NCBI GenBank assembly: GCA_002269645.1
Contig: NIVC01002715.1
Location: 1 to 36,786, forward strand
DNA: 36,786 bases
Direction: 5' to 3'
Origin: Macrostomum lignano
Taxonomy: Eukaryota
Part shown: positions 1 through 9,916 of the stretch, piece after piece
Layout: the number at the start of each line of letters is the position of its first letter
Numbering within the stretch: position 1 is the first letter of the stretch
Position numbers and translations under genes: made by a program
The notes under the pieces: generated by a model
What the model was told of the DNA's origin: nothing
Seen by the model: the letters and a program-made list of their open reading frames with translations, nothing else
The model's database searches: none

Positions 1-2227
1 TCTGTTGGTGTCACGGTGTGTTAGCTGGACCCCAGGTCGGGCACCATCTTAAACTGACTGCGTCTGTCTGTTGGTGTCACGGTGTGTTAGCTGGACCCAG
101 ATCTGGGCACCATCTTAAACTGACTGCGTCTGTCTGTTGGTGTCACGGTGTGTTAGCTGGACCCCAGATCTGGGCACCATCTTAAACTGACTGCGTCTGT
201 CTGTTGGTGTCACGGTGTGTTAGCTGGACCCAGATCTGGGCACCATCTTAAACTGACTGCGTCTGTCTGTTGGTGTCACGGTGTGTTAGCTGGACCCCAG
301 ATCTGGGCACCATCTTAAACTGACTGCGTCTGTCTGTTGGTGTCACGGTGTGTTAGCTGGACCCCAGATGGGGCACCATCTTAAACTGACTGCGTCTGTC
401 TGTTGGTGTCACGTGTGTTTAGCTGGACCCGATGGGCACCATCTTAAACTGACTGCGTCTGTCTGTTGGTGTCACGGTGTGTTAGCTGGACCCCAGATCT
501 GGGCACCATCTTAAACTGACTGCGTCTGTCTGTTGGTGTCACGGTGTGTTAGCTGGACCCCAGATCGGGCACCATCTTAAACTGACTGCGTCTGTCTGTT
601 GGTGTCACGGTGTGTTAGCTGGACCCCAGATCGGGGCACCATCTTAAACTGACTGCGTCTGTCTGTTGGTGTCACGGTGTGTTAGCTGGACCCCAGATCT
701 GGGCACCATCTTAAACTGACTGCGTCTGTCTGTTGGTGTCACGGTGTGTTAGCTGGACCCCAGATCTGGGCACCATCTTAAACTGACTGCGTCTGTCTGT
801 TGGTGTCACGGTGTGTTAGCTGGACCCCAGATCTGGGCACCATCTTAAACTGACTGCGTCTGTCTGTTGGTGTCACGGTGTGTTAGCTGGACCCCAGATC
901 TGGGCACCATCTTAAACTGACTGCGTCTGTCTGTTGGTGTCACGGTGTGTTGGCTGGACCCCAGGTCGGGCACCATCTTAAACTGACTGCGTCTGTCTGT
1001 TGGTGTCACGGTGTGTTAGCTGGACCCCAGGTCGGGGCACCATCTTAAACTGACTGCGTCTGTCTGTTGGTGTCACGGTGTGTTAGCTGGACCCCAGATC
1101 TGGGCACCATCTTAAACTGACTGCGTCTGTCTGTTGGTGTCACGGTGTGTTAGCTGGACCCCAGATCGGGCACCATCTTAAACTGACTGCATCTGTCTGT
1201 TGGTGTCACGGTGTGTTAGCTGGACCCCAGATCTGGGCACCATCTTAAACTGACTGCGTCTGTCTGTTGGTGTCACGGTGTGTTAGCTGGACCCCAGGTC
1301 GGGGCACCATCTTAAACTGACTGCGTCTGTCTGTTGGTGTCACGGTGTGTTAGCTGGACCCCAGGTCGGGGCACCATCTTAAACTGACTGCGTCTGTCTG
1401 TTGGTGTCACGGTGTGTTAGCTGGACCCCAGGTCGGGGCACCATCTTAAACTGACTGCGTCTGTCTGTTGGTGTCACGGTGTGTTAGCTGGACCCCAGAT
1501 CGGGCACCATCTTAAACTGACTGCATCTGTCTGTTGGTGTCACGGTGTGTTAGCTGGACCCCAGATCTGGGCACCATCTTAAACTGACTGCGTCTGTCTG
1601 TTGGTGTCACGGTGTGTTGGCTGGACCCCAGGTCGGGCACCATCTTAAACTGACTGCGTCTGTCTGTTGGTGTCACGGTGTGTTAGCTGGACCCCAGGTC
1701 GGGGCACCATCTTAAACTGACTGCGTCTGTCTGTTGGTGTCACGGTGTGTTGGCTGGACCCCAGGTCGGGGCACCATCTTAAACTGACTGCGTCTGTCTG
1801 TTGGTGTCACGGTGTGTTAGCTGGACCCCAGGTCGGGGCACCATCTTAAACTGACTGCGTCTGTCTGTTGGTGTCACGGTGTGTTAGCTGGACCCCAGAT
1901 CTGGGCACCATCTTAAACTGACTGCGTCTGTCTGTTGGTGTCACGGTGTGTTAGCTGGACCCCAGATCGGGGCACCATCTTAAACTGACTGCGTCTGTCT
2001 GTTGGTGTCACGGTGTGTTAGCTGGACCCCAGTCGGGCACCATCTTAAACTGACTGCGTCTGTCTGTTGGTGTCACGGTGTGTTAGCTGGACCCCAGATC
2101 TGGGCACCATCTTAAACTGACTGCGTCTGTCTGTTGGTGTCACGGTGTGTTAGCTGGACCCAGATCGGGCACCATCTTAACTGTGTCTGTCTGTTGTTTA
2201 CAAGGTGTGTTAGCTCAGCTGGACCCT
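1..2227. repeat. Tandem satellite, 66-67 bp unit, ~33 copies (runs off the window start)
   Basis: Unit TCTGTTGGTGTCACGGTGTGTTAGCTGGACCCCAGATCTGGGCACCATCTTAAACTGACTGCGTCTG repeats head-to-tail without spacers. The last copy (~2170-2227) is degenerate. Confidence 0.97.
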
Positions 2228-4135
2228 AATCAAATACTGTTTGTTTACTTTGAAGTACGAGTATGAAGCGTAGAAGAAATGGTTGTAGTAGTTCAGCTGT
2301 TTAGGTCATGTAAAGCTAATTATTTTGTAGCTGTATAGGAATTTCGAATCAAAGAAAAACATAAAGGAGAATTGTGTCCACAATATTTGTTCATAGTTTA
2401 AGTAAAGCGCAAAATCAAAAATTTTAATAACACGTTACAACAAAACTTACTGACTTGTCCTTAGCTTTTGTTCTAGTGAAGCACTTGCCTGAAATGTATA
2501 AAATAATGTAATACTGTATAAGTTGTTGATGCAAATGTCCTATTGTATGCTATTGATATTGACTGTAGAGTATAGCTTACCGCACTCAGAGTGCAGAGCG
2601 TTTAGGATGTTCTCGGGGATATTTTTTCGGCTCCCATGTGTTTTTACTCCTACAAAGCATGTTAAAAATGAAAAGCAGTAAAGCCTTAAATTTTTTACAA
2701 GTTAAGTAAAATATTATTTAGAATTAGAAGTTATTCTTTTTTGAAAATTTTCTTACCTGGGATAGCCAGTCCACTTTATAAAAAACTTCTTTTTGCAGCA
2801 CTTCTCAATCCTTTCGACGTAAAATATTTTGGCCGTTTTCTACAGGATATTCTTCCTATACTTGCAGTTGCAATTGCAACGGGGCCTAAACAAACTCTGG
2901 TCTTAGTAAGTCTGGGTTTAAATGGACCTGATTGCGAGGCTTCTATAAGCAAGCAACCCCACGCCAATTTCATTAGACCTTTTCCTATTGGTTAGCGAGA
3001 TTCTGTGGCTGGCAAATGTACAGTGCCCATTGAGATACCCCACTGGTTGGCCAGTGTCCATTCGCACTGTACAGTCTTGAAACAGAAAATTCTAGAATTC
3101 TTATCTCCCGACATCAGCTGTTTTAATAAAAAGCAAACAACTAGTGTACATTGCTGTGTACAATGAGACAAGCAGTCATGCTAAAATAAGGGGGTAGAGA
3201 TTAGTCTGTGCTACAGGACATCGTTTTAGGGGAACCACTGGAGGCCGCTATCTTTCAAGGAGTGTGAGGCTCCTTTAAGTATAAGAGCGGCTTACAGTCC
3301 AATCACACGATGTACTCCGGATTTTCCGTCCAATGAATTTGGTTAAAGGCACTTTAATGTTAGGATAAGCTACGACTTTCAAAGATAGCGATACAAATAT
3401 GGCTTTCGTTTTGGCTTTGACATAATAAGATACAGGTCGTACATAGCTCGTACGAAACAGCCTGTTATCAATCATTACTTCATAGTGTGTGATTGTGTAA
3501 ATACATCATTCCCTGCAGCACGGGTGGCCAGTTGCATCACTTACAATTGCGATCTTAGAGGAATTTTTAGTAGCTCAAGGTGGAGAGGAGACTCAATGCT
3601 GTGATGCAATATCGTGATTTTTTATAAAAATTGTCTCGAAATTAATAGCATATAATAGTTCCGTCTTTGTCGTCCAAGCCCCAAATCCATTATACATATT
3701 GTTGCTTACAAATTTGTTATTTTATCGCAAAAAACAACGTTTTCACGATTACAACAAATCGACAAATTTAGCTACCAATTTACCTAACAGACACAAAACA
3801 GACACCAAACAGACACCAAACAGACAGTTTTTGAAAATGGGTCATGTGAAATTTCGATTTACGTGGACCTCGAAAATCGGTTTAGGTGGACCGAGTAAAA
3901 GGTCCAGGTAAACTGAAACCGTTGTAACTTGGAACCAAAAGAACTTCGAGTGAGCAACTTTAGGGACCACGATCGTTTTCTGCTAGACTCCATCATAGGT
4001 CTATGTAAAACATCTTTAACCTTTCATGTAGAAATATATATGGTGGTCCACGTAAGGGGTCCAGTTAAAACGGGTGGTCCATGTAAGGAGGGAAAAATAC
4101 TGACGAAAGGTCCAAGTAAACACACAGACATTAAC

Positions 4136-4190
<55 letters not shown>

Positions 4191-4306
4191 CGCAGACAGA
4201 CAGACAGACAGACACTAAGACAGACAGACACTAAGACAGACAGACAGACAGACACTAAGACAGACAGACAGGCAGACACTAAGACAGACACTAAGACAGA
4301 CAGACG
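4136..4306. repeat. (GACA)n microsatellite with interspersed CACTAA variants
   Basis: Direct reading: cagacagacagaca... with cactaagacagaca variants. Confidence 0.95.
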
Positions 4307-4699
4307 ACATAGGCAGGTATACGGACTAACGCTTTGAAATAGTGAGCGGATTTCAGTTAGTAATTAAACGTACAGAACAAATGACCCATGAGATCGTGAG
4401 AATACGGCGAGTAAAATGTCTAAGTTTTCCAGGAAATGCTAGCTTATTATTTTTCAACAACAATTTACGTAAAATCGAAATTAGTTTCTCATAAAATCTG
4501 TCATCCGTGTCAGTCCGTACTAGCAAGTGTTTTTCATGGGCAAGAGGGCAATGATGAAGCGCAAACATGGCAAAACAAAGTTTTTAATTGTCTGACTACG
4601 ACACTACGTGGACATCCTTAGTAAAAGCTTGTGGCACTGGAGGCGTACACTGGCCACGTAACACGCCCCAGTGCGAAATGTCTAAAAATAGAATACGCA

Positions 4700-4815
4700 G
4701 GGAACTCCCGTAGACCGTATTTGGCAGTGTTCGTCAGATTATTAGTTTGGAGTGCCCGAGCGCGCCCGCGGAATTCCCGGGCAAAGCAGGGCAGTCTAGA
4801 AGAACTCTATATAAG
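4700..4815 (+). promoter_or_regulatory. Putative promoter of the ankyrin gene: two kB-like sites and a TATA box
   Basis: GGGAACTCCC at 4700-4709 matches GGGRNYYYCC. CGGAATTCCC at 4769-4778 is one mismatch from consensus. TATATAAG at 4808-4815 lies ~90 bp before the ATG. Confidence 0.45.
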
Positions 4816-4901
4816 CATTAGCGGCTCAGTCATGACTGGAATGCAACTAGCAACCCTCAGGAAGGCCTCACAGACGCATATATCAAAGAAACGATTTGAG
4901 C

Positions 4902-5570
4902 ATGGCACCAAGAAGCTGCAAATCAGCTGACGACAGAAATAAACTGCGAGACGTCGCCGCAAGAGTCATGAAACTGCGCCAGGTGTGCTCCGAGTCCCAG
5001 TGGCTGCAGTTCGTCAGCGAGCACCGCCGCGCCATTCGCACCCTGATGTCGCAGCGCAGACTCTGTTATCCGATTGCTGACGCCATCGGGCGCGGCAGCG
5101 AGGACGAGGCCATCGAAGCGCTTCGACAAAGCGACCATCTGGGCGTCTGGACTTTGACGGAACGCTGGCGAGGTCCTGGACTCGAGTCGCTGCTGATGCT
5201 GGCCGTGTGGGCGGGAATGTCGAGGTTGGTCGCCGAGCTGGTCAGCCGAAACCCCAGCCAGGTGTTTCGGCTGTACGACAGCAGGGGCCGAAACGCTCTG
5301 CACTACTGCTTTGCGGCTCAAAGCGAGTCCTGCCTGGTAGCCGTGCTCAGAGAGTTCCGCGCGGCCCTCATGAAGAATACGACAGCTGGTGCGGTGCCGC
5401 TGCTCCGGGGCCTTCTGGCGGCGATCAGGATGCCGGACTGCGACGGGGCAACGCCGGCCGCAGTGAATCCTCTGGAGCGAATGTCCAGAACTCTGGACGC
5501 AGCTGCTGCTGCTGCAGAATCCGCTTTGTCGGCTTCGATGACCGCCCTGTCCGCTGCTGCAGCGGCATAA
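4902..5570 (+). CDS. Small ankyrin-repeat protein (~222 aa, about 2-3 divergent ANK repeats, Ala-rich C-terminal tail), apparently single exon
   Basis: ANK-like segments ESLLMLAVWAGMSRLVAELV and DSRGRNALHYCFAAQSESCLVAVL, plus PDCDGATPA. First ATG is at 4902 (the track start at 4896 is TTG). TATA lies upstream and AATAAA at ~5813. Confidence 0.75.
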   Translation: MAPRSCKSADDRNKLRDVAARVMKLRQVCSESQWLQFVSEHRRAIRTLMSQRRLCYPIADAIGRGSEDEAIEALRQSDHLGVWTLTERWRGPGLESLLMLAVWAGMSRLVAELVSRNPSQVFRLYDSRGRNALHYCFAAQSESCLVAVLREFRAALMKNTTAGAVPLLRGLLAAIRMPDCDGATPAAVNPLERMSRTLDAAAAAAESALSASMTALSAAAAA

Positions 5571-6046
5571 GGGGGTGAGCTCGGCCACCACCAGATTCTG
5601 GACTGCCATGGCTGGCTGCAACTTACCTGTAGCTTTTACAATAATGGCGTATATCCGCATACTGATTCTGAACGCAGTGAAACTCTTCCAAACCCGCATT
5701 AGCCTTTCAACTGCCCACTAGGCCTTTCTGATTACGCGTGTTAGTAAATTTATGCACCACACTTCACTTTTACTGTTTTGTTTGCTGAAAAAAACTTTTA
5801 TTCGAGTGTTTAATAAATAACGTACAGTGTGCACTGCTAAACACTACAGCACCGTCAAGCAATTTACTGCGAAAAAATATAAATGACAGGTGGCGTAAAT
5901 TGCTGATTTTTATTTGCTTCTTGCCTCTTGTGATTAGATAAAATCGTTGCGTATCTGCGATTTTATGGTTGTTAAGCGCAGCTGTTTGACACTGATCTGG
6001 ATGGATGTACCTTGTGTAGGTCAATCGGTGCGTTTTTAGAGGTGCG

Positions 6047-7563
6047 TCAGTGAATGTGTCAGTGTGTGTTATGGGTGTGTCAGTGTGTGTTATGGGGGCG
6101 TGTCAGTGTGTGTTATGAGGCGTGTCAGTGTGTGTTATGAGGCGTGTCAGTGTGTGTTATGGGGCGTGTCAGTGTGTGTTATGGGGCGTGTCAGTGTGTG
6201 TTATGGGGCGTGTCAGTGTGTGTTATGGGGCGTGTCAGTGTGTGTTATGGGCGTGTCAGTGTGTGTTATGGGGCGTGTCAGTGTGTGTTATGGGCGTGTC
6301 AGTGTGTGTTATGGGCGTGTCAGTGTGTGTTATGGGCGTGTCAGTGTGTGTTATGGGGCGTGTCAGTGTGTGTTATGGGGCGTGTCAGTGTGTGTTATGG
6401 GCGTGTCAGTGTGTGTTATGGGCGTGTCAGTGTGTGTTATGGGGCGTGTCAGTGTGTGTTATGGGCGTGTCAGTGTGTGTTATGGGGCGTGTCAGTGTGT
6501 GTTATGGGCGTGTCAGTGTGTGTTATGGGCGTGTCAGTGTGTGTTATGGGGCGTGTCAGTGTGTGTTATGGGCGTGTCAGTGTGTGTTATGGGGCGTGTC
6601 AGTGTGTGTTATGGGCGTGTCAGTGTGTGTTATGGGCGTGTCAGTGTGTGTTATGGGGCGTGTCAGTGTGTGTTATATGCGTGTCAGTGTGTGTTATGGG
6701 CGTGTCAGTGTGTGTTATGCGTGTCAGTGTGTGTTATGGGCGTGTCAGTGTGTGTTATGAGGCGTGTCAGTGTGTGTTATGGGCATGTCGTGTCAGTGTG
6801 TGTTATGGGCGTGTCAGAGTGTGTTGTGTGTCAGTGGCCTGTCAGTGTGTGTTATGGGCGTGTCAGTGTGTGTTATGGGGCGTGTCAGTGTGTGTTATGG
6901 GGCATGTCAGTGTGTGTTATGGGGCATGTCAGTGAATGTGTCAGTGTGTGTTATGGGGTGTGTCAGTGAATGTGTCAGTGAATGTGTCAGTGTGTGTTAT
7001 GGGGTGTGTCAGTGAATGTGTCAGTGAATGTGTCAGTGTGTGTTATGGGGCATGTCAGTGAATGTGTCAGTGTGTGTTATGGGGCGTGTCAGAGTGTATT
7101 AAGGTGCGTGTCAGTGAATGTGTCAGTGTGTGTTATGCGGCGTGTCGGTGAATGTTTCAGTGTGTATTTTGGGGCGTGTCAGTGAATGTGCTTGTGTGTG
7201 TTATGGGGTGTGTCAGTGGATGTGCTTGTGTGTGTTATGGGGTGTGTCAGTGAATGTGTCAGTGAATGTGTCAGTGTGTGTTATGGGGTGTGTCAGTGAA
7301 TGTGTCAGTGAATGTGTCAGTGTGTGTTATGGGGTGTGTCAGTGAATGTGTCAGTGAATGTGTCAGTGTGTGTTATGGGGTGTGTCAGTGAATGTGTCAG
7401 TGAATGTGTCAGTGAATGTGTCAGTGTGTGTTAACGGGTGTGTCAGTGAATGTGTCTGTGTGTGTTATGGGGTGTGTCAGTGAATGTGTCAGTGTGTGTT
7501 AACGGGTGTGTCAGTGAATGTGTCAGCGTATGTTATGGGTGTGTCAGTGACTTTTCAGTGAAT
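6047..7563. repeat. Minisatellite, 21-22 bp unit GTGTCAGTGTGTGTTATGGG(G)C, grading into 12-bp GTGTCAGTGAAT units at the 3' end
   Basis: Direct reading. All ORFs called here are repeat translations. Confidence 0.96.
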
Positions 7564-7981
7564 GTGCCTGTGTTTTGCTGGTTGATATGCTTGGTTAGTC
7601 AAAGAGGAAACAATAAAAGATATGCAAAAAAACTCAAGAGAGTCCAAATGTTTGTTATAACTCATTTTTAATTGTACTAAAACTTACTTAGCCACCAACG
7701 AGCACTTGAGCCCTTCCTGCTGAGCCTTTCCTGGTACAAAATTTGCCCTTTTTAGACTTTATTCGGTCTTCCAATCGACTCTCCCTTTTTGCCAGTTAGA
7801 AATCCTCACGGGGTTGGAATCCACACTAATTGAAAGTGAAATTAAAATTATTTTCTGTTGGATTTCGAATGTACGAGCTACATGTACTTTACGCGTGCAT
7901 TTTACGCGTACATATTTTCTGCGAAACGTAGTTGTCCACTCTTTCCCTTTCCCATCCCATCCGGGCCTTGGGTTGAGGAGG

Positions 7982-9033
7982 TCATGGAGACGTCAGTCCC
8001 TCGTCACGCCGCTGCTCCACCTCCGTCTCCAGGTAGACGCAGCCGTTCCTCGCAAACAACGTCACGAGCCGGTCGGTCCCCACGAATTGCAGCAAAACTC
8101 CGTCCCGCTTTCGCCAATTGACGGCTGCTGAGCGATGAAACTTGCCCTGACAACCAAGTCCTCCGTGTGGCGCTGCCGATGCAGCAGGTGGAAGGTGACT
8201 CTGGCGACAAACGGCCAATCCCACATGTCGTCGAGTTCGGTCTGGACGAGCTCTAGCTGAGTAGTCACGTGACTACGGTCGGCGTCCGCCTGTCCGTTGA
8301 GAAACAACCTGACACGGAACTTGCGGCCGTATCGCTGGGTCATGAAAGGCGGAGACAGCAGACAGGCTGACGGGTTGCTCGCCGCCTCCCGCAGTCTGTC
8401 GGCGATGCCAGTGACTTTCCACAGCAGGCAACCGTCATAAGAGATCTGCTCCAGGGTCTCAACGCGTCGCGTGATTCTGCGCAGCTCCTGCTGTTCACTC
8501 GCTTTTAGTTTGGCTTGCACGCAATGCAACAGGGTCCTGAGACCGCTGGCTCCGCCAAACTCCTTCATCAAGCCCTCGATGGCAATGGTTGTCAGAGCCC
8601 AATCAGCTAAACTAGGCTGAATTCTCTTCAACGCAGCAAACAATCGCAATACGTTTTGCTCCCCAGACCGAATTTCTCATGCTGTAGGCTGCAGGGGATC
8701 CAGGGCTGAGGCCTTGAACTCATCGCAGATGAGCTCCAGATACTTTTCCGCCCCAACAGCGTAGTGGCCATTCAAATTCTCTTGAGTACTCTGGAAATCG
8801 CACCCGAGACGGCAGAATCTGCAACTAACCAGCTTCTTGGGGCACTCGGCCTTGTGACGCTGAAGATCATACGGATTGAATGAACCTTCGTGACAGAGCG
8901 CGCACTCAATGACTTCATCGCAAGCGATCCCCGATGATTGGCGCAGTTGACTGGCGACTTCCCTGGGAAGCTCCATGGATTCAGGAAGGTCAGCAGCTGC
9001 TATTTTTGCGGTCTGGTACTTTGACGGTTGCAT
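7982..9033 (-). pseudogene. TRAF-family gene (TRAF zinc fingers, coiled coil, MATH/TRAF-C domain; no RING seen), interrupted by one in-frame TGA and one frameshift
   Basis: Zn fingers CALC-x12-H-x3-C and CRFCRLGC. MATH motifs SYDGCLLWKV, SPPFMTQRYGRKFRVRLFLNG and DWPFVARVTFHLL. ORFs 8677-9033 and 8062-8649 share a frame, separated only by TGA at 8677-8679 (PTA*EIRSGEQNVLRLF). The TRAF C-terminal strand LQFVGTDRLVTLFARNGCVYLETEVEQ continues in another frame from ~8100 to the stop at 7982. The lesions could be sequence errors. Confidence 0.8.
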
Positions 9034-9060
9034 GCCAGTCTGCTTGTAAATGATTACCGA

Positions 9061-9251
9061 AAGAATTCCGGGGCAATTCGTTGGTTTTCCTGCAGAATTT
9101 CCGCAGAGTTTCTACTCTGCTCAAAAACTGTACATTAATCTCTACACTGTGTACGTGGGTCCCAGAGTGTACAAGCGTACAGCGTGGCAGAAGGCTTTTC
9201 CACGGGTTTGCCGGGGAATTGCCTGCGTAGAACTTGCGCCCCGGAATTACC
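9061..9251. promoter_or_regulatory. Cluster of Rel/kB-like motifs upstream of the TRAF gene
   Basis: GGGCAATTCG (9071-9080), TGGTTTTCC (9082-9090), AGAATTTCCG (~9094-9103), GGCTTTTCCA (~9193-9202), GGGAATTGCC (9214-9223), CGGAATTACC (9242-9251). All are near-consensus rather than perfect. Confidence 0.3.
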
Positions 9252-9916
9252 GCACGTTTTTTGGAAGGAATCAGGCTGCCAAATTGTCAAATCTAAATCA
9301 GATTGCTGCTCATTTTTCGGCGTACGAGCGTAATTTGAAGATATGAGCGAGCATTCTGAATATTATGTTTTCAAGCAGGAAATCTGGCAGTAAAAAAACT
9401 GAATTCGTTATTACGACTATTATGTGAAAGAATGAATGTTACACAGAAAACAAAATCATGTCTTTAACAGTTCGGACAGTATAATAGAAGCGGGCAAAAA
9501 TGTTAACTTTATTGAATATTAAAGGATGCGCTAGGCCTTTAAGACGTCCCGATGATCGGTGAACATTTTGATTGCCAATACGTATTTCAACTCCGAATGC
9601 AGTTGGACGCTTTCCATCCAGGCGCCCCGCAGCTGACTGCCTTTTCTTAAGGAGGCATCTTTTGTTGTTGTTATTGCTGTGATTTTTTTGTTTGTTTTGT
9701 TGCTATTGTTGTTGAATGCAGAATGCGCCCCTCACAGGGCGCGTGGACAGTCGAAAGTTTAGCCATCGGCTAAAACATTCCAAGAGGTTCACATTCGATC
9801 TCCAGGCAAGGATACTTTAGCGTTAACCGACTACATGCCATGCAATACTGAACTACGCTAGTAACTACACAGCTAAATATCGTTTATTAGTTTGTTAGCA
9901 AGTTACCGCCTGGCCT

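Noticed and set aside
1-2227. CRISPR array interpretation of the 67-bp repeats (also the 82-bp array)
   Set aside because: Units are contiguous with no unique spacers, there are no cas genes, and the context is eukaryotic.
3929-4291. ORFs TDRQTDRQ / VCLSVCLS
   Set aside because: Microsatellite translations.
4923-5699. 258-aa antisense ORF over the ankyrin gene
   Set aside because: GC-rich shadow frame with no motifs; the plus strand carries the ANK signal, TATA and polyA.
6064-7671. Long Cys/Val-rich ORFs in all three plus frames
   Set aside because: They are translations of a stop-free minisatellite, and the frames switch with unit length.
8677-8679. Selenocysteine reading of the TRAF in-frame TGA
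   Set aside because: Not a redox-motif position, no SECIS recognised, and a second lesion exists in the same gene.
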